A stretch of 64,000 nt of DNA from the NCBI RefSeq assembly GCF_009914755.1, contig NC_060944.1; one strand, given 5' to 3'. Both the position numbers and the translations under genes were made by a program. The notes beneath the pieces were generated by a model. It was given only the letters and a program-made list of their open reading frames with translations, was not told the origin of the DNA and did no database searches. Below are positions 45,194 through 58,160 of the stretch, one piece after another; within the stretch, counting starts at the first letter, position 1; the number at the start of each line of letters is the position of its first letter. This DNA comes from the human T2T-CHM13v2.0 reference genome, Homo sapiens.

Positions 45194-46212
45194 GAAGGAG
45201 AGCAAGGGAGAGAGGGATGGAGAAATAGAACCAGAGGGACAGAGAGACAGCGATAGAGAGAGAGACAGAGAAGGGGGAGGCGAGACAGAGGGGGGAAGAG
45301 AGAGCCCCACAGTAGAGAGCGAAGTGGAGGTGGAAGTAGAGAAAGGGAGAGGGTGAGGGAGTTGTAGAGCGACAGCGACAGAGCCTTGGAGAGGGAGGCT
45401 CTGCTCAGGTAGACAGGGCACCTTTCAGCAGGCCGGGGTGGGGTGGAGGGTGCTTGGGCCGGGCTAGAACAGGGGGTCAGGGCCCCCCACCCAGGAAAAC
45501 CAACGGAGCCCTGAGACGTGTGTGTTTTTTTTTCTTGAATTGGTTGGTTGCTTTGGGGGTGCGTTTCATAAGGTCCTTCCTTTGTTTGCTTCCTTCTGTC
45601 TCCTTGGTGCGGTGGGCCCTGACATTTGTAGAGTGTGCTCGTTTGTCTGGCGGGAGCCTTGGCGCCGAGAGTGTCCATGGGGCGAGGCCTAGGTCTCTCT
45701 CCTGTCCTCAGGACTGGAGTTCACACGAAGTCTGTGGCATTGGGAAAGCGGGTGCACAGGGACGGATTTCCTCGTGGCTGGCGAAGACAATGTCCTTCCC
45801 CTGGGGAAAGCAGCCCACGGGTTCTGGAGTGGAGGTCTTCGCTGGGGTCTGTGGGACCCGCTGTCCCTGCCCGTCCCTTCCCCCGGCTTGGACGGTTGCC
45901 GCGTCACTGGAAGAATGAATAGAATTGCCTGGGAGTCCGGGAAGCGTGAAGACACCCGGGACCTCAGGGAACCCGCGCCTTCGCCCTCGGGGTCGGTCCA
46001 GTCCCGCCAGGGTTGGAGCCAGGCTCCTGGTGGGGCTGCTGCGAGTGGGAAAAGGTGGGATGCTGCTGCCTGTCTGTGCTGCAGCAGCGGATCTTCAGGA
46101 CGAGGTCCTGGGCTTCGGCTGGGGCGCGGGGGTGGTCAAGGGGGAGCAGAGGCGGGGGGCAGTTGGGAAGCACGGAGACAAAAGGGGGAAAGAGGGAGGG
46201 AGCAGGAAGCCA

Positions 46213-46333
46213 AAAGCCTACGGTACCCGTTATTACCAGGCGGAATCCCATCCGGGTACTAACCAGGCCCGACCCTGCTTAGCTTCAACAGATCAGAGGC
46301 GAGAGGGCCCGTTCAGGGTGGTGTGGCCTAGAC
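46213..46333 (-). pseudogene. RNA5S pseudogene: Full-length 5S rRNA pseudogene (121 nt)
   Basis: GTCTAGGCCACACCACCCTGAACGGGCC...AAGCTAAGCAGGGTCGGGCCTGGTTAGTACCCGGATGGGATTCCGCCTGG...GTAGGCTTTT; box A and intermediate element intact, box C altered. Confidence 0.95.
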
Positions 46334-46353
46334 GCCAGCAGCGGCGCCTGGCT

Positions 46354-46365
46354 GCCCCAAGAGCC
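46354..46365 (-). promoter_or_regulatory. 5S upstream D-box GGCTCTTGGGGC
   Basis: Exact 12-mer at -32..-21 relative to the 5S +1 at 46333. Confidence 0.85.
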
Positions 46366-46718
46366 GGGCCCAGCCACGCCCGCACGACTCCAGGCGTCAC
46401 CGCCACCCCGGGGCCGCGGGTCTCGGATCCGGGACCCCCAGAGACGCTCGCCCGTGCCTCCGGGCAGCTGTCTCCCTCTACACCCGAGCACCGCCGGCCT
46501 CCCAGAGAGTCCCGCCGTCACCGGCGGCCAGGCCTGGCGCAGGACCAATGTGGCGCCGCCCTGCTGTTGCTGGTGGGCGCCGGAGGCCTCAGTCCCCTGC
46601 CTAAGCTTCCGGCTCTCAGGGCGGCCTCCCTTCCGCCCACGCTCCAGTCCTTCCGCGAGCTCCCGAGCTCTGGAGCTTCCACCACATCTGCCGGCTCAGG
46701 ACGGGTCGTGCTCATCCC

Positions 46719-48585
46719 TTAACTTTTTAACTTTTTGTTGTTTCTATTTATATTTTATTGTGCTATGTCTTGAAATGTTGTCGTAGTTATTACTTTTGAT
46801 TGGATATTATTTAGTATTCCTACCTTGAATAAGAGTAGTTTACACACCACCCATCTATAGTGTTATAATATTCTGTTTTGTTTTGTATCCTATTAGCAGT
46901 GAGGATTTTTTTTTTACTTTTAGGTGATCATTTATTGCTCGTTAATGTCCTTTTCTTCCTGATTGAAGTACTCCCTTTAGCATTCCTTTAGGACAGGTAT
47001 GGTATTCATAAAATACTTCAGCTTTTGTTTGTCTGAAAAAGTCAGTATTCTTTTTATTTGAAGAAAATTTTCACTGTATATTCTATTCTAAGGTAAAAGT
47101 TTTTTTCCTTTAGTACTTTAAATATTTATTGCTTCTCTTTCCTGGCTAGTAGAGTTTCCACTGTAAAGTCTGCTGCCAGACATGTTGGAGCTCCCCAGTA
47201 TGTTATTTGTTTCTTTTCTCTTTCTTCCTTTAGAACTTGTCTTTATCTTTGACTTTTGGAAGATCTATTGAATGCTTTGAAGTAGTCTTTTTTGGGTTAA
47301 ATCTGCTTAATGTTCTATAACATTTTTGTAATTGGATATGGATATCTTTCTCTAGGTTTGGAAAGTTCTCTGTTATTATCCCTTTGAATAAATTTTTCTA
47401 CCCCTGCCCCTTTCTCTACATCTTCTTTAAAACCAATAACTCTTAGATCTGTCTTTCTGAGGCTATTTTCTAGATCCTCCCCTGCCTCTTTCTCTACATC
47501 TTCTTTAAAACAAATAATTCTTAGATCTGTCTTTGTGAGGCTATTTTCTAGATCCTGTCGGCATGATTGGTTGTTTTTATTCTTTTTCTTTTGTCTCTTA
47601 TATGTATTTTCAAAGAGCCTGTCTTCAAGCTCACTATTTCTTCGCTTGATCCATTCTGCTATTACATGGCTCTAATGCATTCTTCAGCATGCCAATTGCA
47701 TTTTTCAGCTCAGAATTTCTGCTTAATTTGCTGTAACTATTCCAATCTCTTTGTTGAGTTTAGCTGATAAAATTTGGAATTTCTTTACTTTGTTATCTTA
47801 AATTTGTTTCAGTTTTTTTTTTTTAAATACAGCTCTTTTGAATTCTCCATCTGAAACATCACATATCTCTTTTTCTCCAGGATTTGTCCCCAGTGCCTTA
47901 TTTAGTTCACTTGGTGAATTCATGTTTTCCTGGATGGTGTTGATGCTAGTAGATGTTCTTCAGGGTCTGGACATTAAAATCTTGGGCATACAGCACTATA
48001 TGAGAGGTTTAAAAAATAAAATTTAAAGAGAGAAAAGGTTAGTATTTATTGTAGTCTTCACTGTCTGGGCTTATTTGTAGCTGTCTTTCTTGGGAAGGCT
48101 TTTCACATATTTGAAAAGAGTTGGGTGTTGTGGTCTAAGACATATCTGCTTTAGGGGGACCTTATACCCAATAATGCTGTAATTCTTCCAGACTCAGAGA
48201 AGTACCACCTTGACAGCCTTCAACAAAATCCAGGAGAATTTTCTGGTTTACTAGCCAGAGACTCTTTTTCCCTACCCTTATTTTCTCTCAAAGATACAGA
48301 GTCTTTCTCTCTGTTCTAAGCCACCTAAAGCTGGGAGAAGAAAGACACAAGCACCCCTGGCTACCACCACTATGACTGTCCTGGATCAGACCTGAAGCTA
48401 GCACAGCACGGGTCTTGCTCAAGTCCTGCTGCATGCACTTTCTGACGACTGCCTATGTACACTCAAGGCCTTTGGTCTCTACAATTAGCAGGTGGCAAAG
48501 CCAGACAGGCCTGTGTTCTTTCCTTTAGGGCAGTGAGATCCCTCAGTCCCTGGCTGGGTCCAGAAGTGCCATTCAGAAGTCAGGG
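46719..48585 (-). mobile_element. Old L1M (ORF1/5' region) with 78-bp internal duplication
   Basis: T-rich antisense L1 ORF1 motifs (AAGTCTGCTGCCAGAC, CTAGGTTTGGAAAGTTCTCTG); duplication at 47401-47478 / 47479-47556. Confidence 0.8.
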
Positions 48586-50850
48586 CTTTGGCCACTTTTT
48601 AATAGGGTTTTTTTTGTTTTTCTCTTGTAAATTTAAGTTCCTTATATTGAATATTAGATCTTTGTCAGATACATAGTTTGTAAATATTTTTTCCTCATTC
48701 TATAGGTTGTTTGTTCACTCTATTGATAATTTCTTTTGCTGAGCAGAAGCTTTTAAGTTTAATTAGATCCCACTTGTCAATAGTTTTATTTGTTGTTTTT
48801 GGTGTCTTTATCATGAAATCTTTGCCCCTTTCTATGTCCAGGATGGTATTGTCTAGGTTGTCTTCCAGGGCTTTTATAGTTTTGGGTTTTCAATTTAAGT
48901 ATTTAATCCATCTTGAGTTGATTTTTGTGTATGGTATAAGGAAGAAGTCCACCTTCAATCTTCTGCATATGGCTAGCCAGTTATCCCAGCACCATTTATT
49001 GAATAGGGAATCTTTTCCCCATTGCTTGTTTTTGCCAGCTTTGTCAAAGATTAGATAGTTGTAGGTATGTGGTCTTACTTCTAACCTCTCTATTCTGTTC
49101 CACTGGTGTATGTGTCTGTTTTTGTACTAGTACCATGCTGTTTTGGTTATTATAGTGCTGTAGTATAGTTTGAAGTCGGGTAATGTGATGCCTCAAGCTT
49201 TGTTCTTTTTGCTTAGGATTGCCTTGGCTACTTAGGTTCTTACTTGGTTCTATATGAATTTTTAAATAGCTTTTTTCTACTTCTGTGAAGCATGTCACTG
49301 GTAGTTTAATAGGAATAGCTTTGGACAGTACAACCTTTTAAATGATATTAATTCTTTCTCTCCATTAACATGGAATGATTTTTCATTTATTTATGTCTTC
49401 TCTGACTTCTTTGAGCAGTGTTTTGTAATTTTCATTGTAGAGATTTTTCACCTCTCTGGTTAGCTGTATTCATATGTACTTTATTCTTTTTGTGGAAATT
49501 GTGAATAAAATTGCCTCTCTGATTTGGCTCTTAGTTTGGCTCTTCTTGGTGAATAGGAATGCTAGCAAATTTTGTACATTGATTTTGTGTCCTGAAACTT
49601 TGTGGAAGTTGTTTATCAGTTAAGGAGTTTTGGGTCACAACTATAGGGTTTAGATAGAGAATTATGTTGTCTGCAAACAGAGGTAGTTGGACTTCTCTTT
49701 CTATTTAAATACGCTTTATTTCTTTCTCTTGTCTGTTTGCTCCAGAAAAGACATCTAATATTATGTTGAATAGGAGTGGTGAGAGAGGGCATCCTTGTCT
49801 TGTGTGGGTTTCAAGGAGGATGCTTCCAGATTTTGCCCATTTAGTATAATGTTGGCTGTGAGTTCGTCATAGGTGGCCTTTATTATTTTGAGGTATGTTC
49901 CTTTGATACCTCATTTAATTGAGAATTTTTAACATGAAGCTTTGTTGAATTTTACTGAAAGCCTTTTCTGCATCTGTTGAGACAATCACGTGGTTCTTAT
50001 CTTTAGTTTTATTTATGTTATGAATCACATTTTATTGATTTGCCCATGATGGACCAACCTTCCATTCCAGGGAAGAAGCTTACTTCACTATGGTGAATTA
50101 ACCTTTTGATGTGTTGCTAGATTCAGTTTGCAAGTATTTTGTTGTAGATTATTGAATGGATGTTCATCAAGGATACTGGCCTTAAGTTTTCTTTTTTTGT
50201 TGTGTCACTGCCAGGCTTTGGTATCAGGATGTTTCTGGCCTCGTAGGACAAGTTGGGGAAGAGTCCCTCCTCCTCTATTTCTTGAAATAGTTTCAGTAGG
50301 ACTGGTACTGGCTCTTCTTTGTACATGTGTTAAAATTTGTTAATCTATCAGGTCCTGGGCTTTTTTGGGGAGTGGATAGGCTATTTGTTAAGGATTCAAT
50401 TTTGGGAGCTCATAATTGGTCTGCTCAGAGACTGAATTTCTTCCTGGTTCAGTCTTGAGAGAGTATATGTGTCCAGGAATTTATTAATCTCTTCTAGGGT
50501 TTCTAGTTTGTGTGTGTAGAGGTGCTCATAGTAGTTGCTGGTTGTTATTTTTATTTCTCTGGGGTCAGTGGTAACATTCCCTTCATCACTTCTAATTTTG
50601 TTTATTTGAATCTTCTCTCTTTTCTTCTTTATTAGTCTATCTAGTGCCCTATCTTATTAATTTTTTCAAAAAACCTTGATTAAGTGATCTTTTGAACTTT
50701 TCATGTCTCAATTTCTTTCTATTCAGCTCTGATTTTAGTTATTTCTTGACGTCTATAAGCTTTGTAGTTGAGTTCTTCTTGCTTCTTTAATTCTTTCAGT
50801 TGTGATATTAGGTTGTTAATTTGAGATATTTCTAATTTTTCGATATGGGC
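48586..50850 (-). mobile_element. Older L1PA/PB ORF2 fragment
   Basis: Minus-strand ORF2 pieces ([20 protein letters not shown]...[11 protein letters not shown]). Confidence 0.88.
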
Positions 50851-51939
50851 GTTACTTCTTATGCCCTACTCTAACTTTTGTCCTTCTAGAAAACTCAGAA
50901 CTATGCTTTCTAAACCAATTCAAACTTTCTCAGTGAATCAACCTGGTCTCCCTGAGGCAAAGTTCACAATTTTCCATTACACATGGTTCTCTTTCTCTGT
51001 AAGAATATCTAGTGCAACAATGCAAGTGTTTCTTTCCCTCCTGGTAATGCGGGAAACACCTTTTGGCTGAGACCGAGACTTAAAACCTTGTTCTTCCAAC
51101 ACTAATGAAGATCTATTTAGAAAGCCTCCATTTTTACAGAAAAGATATATAAACACCAATGAAAATAAATATGAAATTATATGACATGCAATTATATTGT
51201 GGAACGACTGAATAAATAAGTGAACTAAGCTCTAAGAAAAAAGATGATGATATAAAATTATATAGAAGTAAAAACCTTGGCTGGTATAGCATAATTAATG
51301 TATCAGTAAAGCATGTACACTGTAGAAGGGTCAGGAAGACAGCACACAGAGTGAGACCGGACCAAAAGCTTTAACGGAAGTTCTATACCCTTAAACAAGA
51401 TTAAAGTGGACTCAGGAAAACATGGGCCACATGAGGGGAAGGACACATGTTCCAGACAGGCCAAAGCTCAGAGGATCTCTACCTTCTCCAGGAGGAAAGG
51501 GGAGGCAAAGCAGCAGGCAGAAGACATCACGGCCAGGTCAGCACAGGGCACTCAGGCCAAGCCAGGTGGGCTCCATCCTACAGTTAGTGAGGAGCCACTG
51601 CCGGGTGGGCTTTATTCATTAGTTTGTTTTGTTTCCTTTAGTAACGAAGGCACATGATCAAAGTTGACCTTTGTAAGTGCTGCAGCTGAACAAAAAGATA
51701 GATATAACCAGTATTTTAAAAATTATGTTGTATAAAGCACTACCCTCAGTGAGATATTAGTAGAACACACATGCACACACACGCACACACACTCACACTG
51801 AGCCCAGATTATTCTGGCAAATGCTGGGTTAAGCAAATTGAAAGAAACATCTTTTGTGCTGGACTTCTCAGAACCTGGAATGTGGCTATATGACTCATAA
51901 AACAGCAAGGTTAAGACAGAGCATGTCATTTTTTCCCAG

Positions 51940-52345
51940 AAATGTTGAAACACTTTCCTTCCCTTGGCTTCAGTGTCACCTTCTTTCTCCTGGTTCTCCA
52001 TCAATCTCTTTGGCTGCTCCTTCTTGATTTCCTTTTTGACAATCTGCTGCTGCTCAGCCATTCTCTTTTCTTTCACCATGGATTTCTCAAGTGTGTTTCT
52101 ATTCCTGCAGATTAAACTTCCCTTGTTTTTCCTGACAACTCTCCTTGTCTGACCCTCCCTGGTTCTAAGGCAGGTGTTCCATCTGTGTGGGCTTTTGGCA
52201 TCCTGGGATGCTCCCAGCATGTTCCCTGCCACACTTCATCAGGTTTTCTCCGTAGACTCTGCGAGGGCAGCAACCTTGTCTCCACTGTTCCTTCAATGCT
52301 CAGCACATAACACGGAAACTGACTCCATAACATTTAGTTGGCCAA
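51940..52345 (+). mobile_element. L2 remnant
   Basis: TTGAAACACTTTCCTTCCCTTGGCTTCAGTGTCACC...TCTCCTGGTTCTCC...GGCTGCTCCTTC and GAGGGCAGCAACCTTGTCT...CTCAGCACA. Confidence 0.7.
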
Positions 52346-53169
52346 CTGAGACTAAATGTATGTTCCTCTAGGTCTTAAAAAGTTACAGAAACATAGCACA
52401 ATAGACAAAAAAAATTCTCTTTAGTCAGGAGTTCTCTATATATGTACAACAGTTTGAAGTCATTATTAAAGCAAAGTGAAAGAGAAACTGTCACAAAATT
52501 CCCTAAGATAAATTATTTTGCTTTAATCTTCAATTCATTATGTGAGATAATCAAGACCATGTGTTATTGTACATATTTCTAGCTTACAACACAATGACCT
52601 GATTTTTATTGTTTGAAATAACAGCAATATAAATCAGTTAATTAAAAATTGCATAAATAATCCTTTCAAATAAAATTCTGCCTAAATTTTCCATTACTCA
52701 TATGTTCAAATGATAATGAGCTCATAGGCTTTTCCAATACCTCAGTCAAAACATTCTACTGATTCCAGCTGTGGGAATACTACCTGAAAGTTATTTTACA
52801 GATGGGGAAAATGTACTTACGTGACGTTGGCCTTTGCACTACTGTGCCCTTTTGGGTCAAGAAAAAGCTGTTCCCTTAAAGTCCTAAAATCTCTTCTGTC
52901 AGGTCTGAAGGGTGGGTGGGAAACACAGTTTTATGAATTTTAGCCACAGATGTTTTATTCCTTGCTTAAAGCAGTGACTAGATAAAGGCCACTAGAAGAG
53001 CCTCCTATGTTACTTTAGAAGTGTGTGCCTGAGAACGTCTTCCTGAAACACTCCCTTGTCTCTGCCCAAAATCACCTTAGGTAGGAAAATCAAAACTCAG
53101 CAGGCTGAGGAGATCGAAGGGGATCACTGAGCTCTGAGTCTTATGAGAGAAGAGAGAGGGGTCTAAGAC

Positions 53170-53692
53170 TTTTTGTGTATAAATTTAAGGGTTCCAAGTG
53201 CAATTTTGCTGTAAGCATGGATGGCATAGTGGTGAAGTCAGGGCTTTTAGGTATCCATCAGCAGAATAACGCACATTGTACCCATTAAGTAATTTCTCAC
53301 TGTTCACCCCTTCCATCCCCTCACGCTGCTGAGTCTGCCTTATCATTACACTCTCTACGTCAATATCTACACATCTTTTAGCACCCGCTTATGAGTGATA
53401 AAATACGATGTTTACTCTGTGTCTGGCTTGCTTCACTTACAACAATGGCCTCCAGTTCCATCCATGTGTTTGCAAAAGTTATGATTCTATTGTTTTTTTT
53501 GCCTGAATAGTATTTCATTGCGTATATTTTCTACATTTTCTTTCTCCAGTCATTTGTTGATGGACATTAGGTTGATTTTATATCTGTGTTACTGTGAATA
53601 GTGTTGCAACAAATACACAAGTACAGTTATCTTTCTGATACATTGATTTCTTTTCCTTTGCATAAATACTCAGTGGTGGGATTGCTGAATCA
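53170..53692 (-). mobile_element. L1MA 3' end
   Basis: GCATAGTGGTGAAGTCAGGGCTTTTAG...CATTGTACCCATTAAGTAATTTCTCA...TCCAGTTCCATCCATGT. Confidence 0.8.
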
Positions 53693-54267
53693 GACAGAGC
53701 CAATAGATGATCAGTAATGGTGGCCAATCATCAGCTAGAAACAAAGTACTTAGCAGAGCTTGAAAACACCAAAACTCTGAGACCACTGACCTTCCAAAAC
53801 TTCAACAGTTCAACAGCCCTGAGTGAAAAGTCCAAACACATTTATCTACCATTCGAAGACGCTTTATTGTCTGTCCTCTGTGCATCTCAGTAGTCTCTTT
53901 TTACCACACTGTCTATATACTGCATAAGCCATTTATATGAAACTATCTGACACTCCAAGGCATCTTATACTATATAGTCAACCATGTATCCCTAGTACCT
54001 AGCACGGTCCTGGCATATAGTTTGCTACTAAACTCTTGCAGAATGAAGGAATTATCTTGTATCCAGGTTCCAAGTTTTAAGGTGATTCTTCACTAAAAAA
54101 ATGTATTACAGTTCACAAATAATCTACTTCCCTTTTTACAAATGGGATCGATTTTAATCTTATCCCCTAATAACATTACTTTCATTTACTCCGATCTAAA
54201 TATACTGTCCTAAGAGAGCAATTAGAAAGAGAGTTGAAGCTGGAGTTTGAAGAATTGTACATGGTCC

Positions 54268-54795
54268 TGTGATTCCCTACCTTGTTTTAACCTGAGTGAC
54301 TCTCTCCTAGCAGAGAGAGAGCCGGAGAGACTCCATTTTAGCTTCTTCAAGTGCAGCCCCCATTACCTCCCTCCCTTAAGGGCATAACTAGTGTAAACTG
54401 ACTCAAAGCACGTCCAGGAATGCACTTACTGATAAGATATTGAGGCAAGCTGCACCAGCAGCTCCTGGGGACGCGCTCGGTGAATGTCAGGCAAAACCCC
54501 TGCATTTTTCTTTTTGTGATAGTTTAAGCCCCTGCACCTGGAACTGTTTATTTGTTTTGTAACTGCTTTTGTAACCAATTAATTTTTTAACTATTTGCCA
54601 GCTCTGCTTCTGTAAAAATTGTTTCAGTTAAACTTTCCCCTCCCCTATTTAGACCACAGAATAAAAACAAAACCAGCCCCTTCCTCAGGGCCAAGAGAAT
54701 TTTGAGCGTTAGCTGCCCTCGGTCGCCAGCTAATAAAAGACTCCTTAATTTGTCTCAAAGTGTGGCGTTCCTCTATAACTCGCTTGGTTACAACA
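54268..54795 (+). mobile_element. Solo ERV1 LTR, LTR6-like (528 bp)
   Basis: TGTGATTCCCTACCTTGTTTTAACCTGAGTGACTC...CGCTTGGTTACAACA; 4-bp TSD GTCC. The family name is less certain than the LTR call. Confidence 0.8.
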
Positions 54796-56554
54796 GTCCA
54801 GACTGTGGCCTGAGGTGCATCGCCCACCTGAGCTTCATCTGTTAGGTATGTCAGGGAAGATAAGCAGGGTGAGAGTGGCCTCATCGGAGGACCCCAGATC
54901 TCTGGCTTCCCCATTTGGCAAGTGCACATCTGTGAACAAAGACTTCAGAGCCAGATGACAAGAACGGCCCAAGCAGTCCACTAGGGAAACCTGGGCCCAG
55001 TGTACATCAATGCAGAGCATCAAGCATGGCGTAACAGTTGCACAGTTGCCTATTCCTGTTCAGAGATGACTGCATCTCACACACTGTAAAATGAGGAAAT
55101 GCAGAGAAGCAGATGTAACTGAAGAAGACAGCAGGAGCAACAAGGAGGGACAACCACGACCTAGGAAGGCACTATGCCAGAGACGCCTGGACCCCACGCT
55201 AGGCTTAGTGCCCTTTATACTCTTGGGACGCAGCGCTTTCCCTCTCCATCACAATGCATACTTGACATTATTTGTTGTTTAAAATATTGTCCTTAGTTTT
55301 CACCTTTCCTAGGAGACACAGGCAGACCCTGTGACACTACAGCTTCTGGCACACAGCAGGTGCATCACAAACATCTGCTGAGTTCACACACTCTTGCCTT
55401 CTCAAACCTTCTTGTCAAGTCTTCAGTGAAAAGGAATTGCTGATTGAGCAAGAATTAAACTTCTAGAGACTCCGGGACCCACTGAAGTTTGAGACAAGGT
55501 GAGATTTGTTTACTGCCATATTCCTAGCTCATAGCATACTGTAGTCACTTAAAAAATGTTTGTTGAATCAGTGAGTGAATTGATTCATACGTCATACTTA
55601 GCTATATATTTTCTGAGAAAAATTGATAAATTTAATAGTTTAATTCTAGTATAATTTTACTTTACTTACTCAACGAACCTGACAATTCAACTCGGTGCCA
55701 AGCACCCTGCTGCTGAAGAAAAAGAGGTATAAGATACGACTTCTGTCTACAAGAAAGCCACAGTCTAAAAAGTAGAAACATATGAATAAATTATAACAAT
55801 AAATAGGCTAAAGTCAAAATCAGAGGGGTTTGTTTCTATTTTAATCAGCTCTAGTCAGGAAGTGTTAGAAAGTTCTAAACAGGAAATGTTCCAACACACC
55901 ATCCAAGCATGAAGCAGGAGACACCCATAATTGAGTTTGCTGCCGCCAACCCCAACAGCAAGAATTCCAGTCCCGCTGCTGCAAAGTAAGTGTCACTCTG
56001 ATTTTATTACTGCTGTGTAACCCAGTTTCAGACTCTCTGGTTCTCTCTTAATATTCTAAAAAACTGTTAAAGAGAAAATAATATTATGGTGATGAGCCCA
56101 TCCACTGCAGCCATCTCAACATCATACCAATTATAAGCCCTATCATTTAAATAGAAAACTGTTAGTTTAACTTATTTATCCAAATATCAGTATTAGATAA
56201 ACATGTTTGTCATCAGACTTTGGATTTGTGGGTTAAATAGCATATAAATATGATTAGAGCCTTAAAGTTTACACTTCTCTGGTTTGCTCAAATTTTTTTC
56301 AAAATAGCGTATGCCTTTCTAAAAAATTGTTAGTATATTTTTTAAAATGAACATTAATATATATATTTTCCAAAAACAAAATGCAGCTCCCATTGGTAAA
56401 TGATGATGTTGAGATACAACAGACAACTTATCTTGGAAACCATTTAATCAGTGCTCACTTTTGCACTCTTTCCAGAAATGTCAATGGCTTTAAAATGTAG
56501 AAGTATATTATACAACTAAACTTACACTTATTCAGTATTGTGCAATATTTAGTA

Positions 56555-57108
56555 CTTGTTCTAGCTATCTCTTGCTGAATAGTAAGCCATTCCAAAACTT
56601 AAGGAATTATTTATTGTTTAATATTGTTTATTGTTATTATTTGTTCAGTGATTTTAAATAATGTTATTTCTCATGGTTTTGTGGGTTGATGGGCACTACA
56701 AAAGTTCTCTTTTGGAGTCTTTCTTGCAGTTGCTGTTGGTTGGCTGCTGCTGAACTCACCTGAAGGCTCCACTAGACTAAAGAGCCTAGACGGGTCACTC
56801 ATATGGCTGGCAGTGCATATTGGCTGCTGAGTGTGATGCCTATCTGACCTCTCCATGCTATCTGGAGTGCTCACAACTTGGTAGTTGGTCCCAAGACACA
56901 CAGGCAAATACTACAAAGCTTCTTAAGACCTAGCCTTGGAGGTCCTAGAATACAACTTCTGCTCCATCCTATTGGTAAAGCAAGTCATTGTGACCAGCAC
57001 AGATTCAAGAAATTGGAGATTCGACTCCAGCTGTCAATGTAAAGAGCAGCATGTGCATGCAGGGAGGAAAGAAATTGAGGGCATCATCTTGAAAACTATC
57101 ATATCACA
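56555..57108. mobile_element. MLT1 (MaLR) LTR
   Basis: CCAAAACTTA...CACTCATATGGCTGGCAGT...GACCTAGCCTTGGAGGTC...ACTTCTGCTCCATCCTATTGGTAAAGCAAGTCA. Confidence 0.75.
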
Positions 57109-57747
57109 TTATTATTCCAACTAATGAACATTATGTTTTAGATGGGTAGTACTAGCTACTCATCTCTCCCCCAGAAACCCAAGCTAAGCATGGAAATATT
57201 GAAGAGAATGTCAGCACCATTAAAAAAACTCTAGAAAAATCACATGTGATGACTGAGGTTAATTCAGTCTGTCAATTACATCAATATAATTCCCTTCCTG
57301 TAACCCTAAATAAGGTGAAGCAGAATTGAATTCTACAAAAGCTTTTCATCTGTTTTCCTATAGAATAATTAACAAACCTAATAAATGTATAAATAGTATG
57401 AAGTCCAATTTATTTTAGACTTTTACCTTTTAATTTCAAAGCTTAAAGAAATCCAGAGAACTAATCATCATAGTCCGTAATGCCTGGACCAGAAGTCCTT
57501 GTTCTAAGAGTATCTTGTGGCATGCTAAAAATGTATTACTAACTAGGAAATTTAAAACTTTTTTGTTAGTGATTTTAAGAGAGCTGACTAGCTCATCACC
57601 ACAATTCACACAGATTAAGAATGGAGATTACTCTGCTGAGTGGATTCACAGTGATCAGAAAAAAAAATCGCAAAAGAGGGAAGGAGATAGAGAAGGGGAA
57701 ACATACTGTCAATCCCTACAATTAAAGTGATTTTTTGAATGGTTTGA

Positions 57748-58160
<413 letters not shown>

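Larger units (their letters stand above)
43410..46718 (-). repeat. Two tandem diverged 5S rDNA repeat units with spacer
   Basis: 43410-43875 aligns with about 44660-45700, and 43900-44280 aligns with 46333-46715; CA- and GA-rich spacer blocks repeat. Confidence 0.88.

Noticed and set aside
41755-46786. Many 150-300 aa GC-rich ORFs
   Set aside because: Stop-poor D4Z4 and 5S spacer DNA with overlapping ORFs on both strands and no recognisable domain.
51723-52232. 169-aa charged ORF on the minus strand
   Set aside because: The sequence is a decayed L2 read antisense; non-ATG start and no gene homology recognised.
54800-55282. Possible exon(s) downstream of the LTR6-like element
   Set aside because: No recognisable homology or consistent splice structure could be supported from sequence alone.
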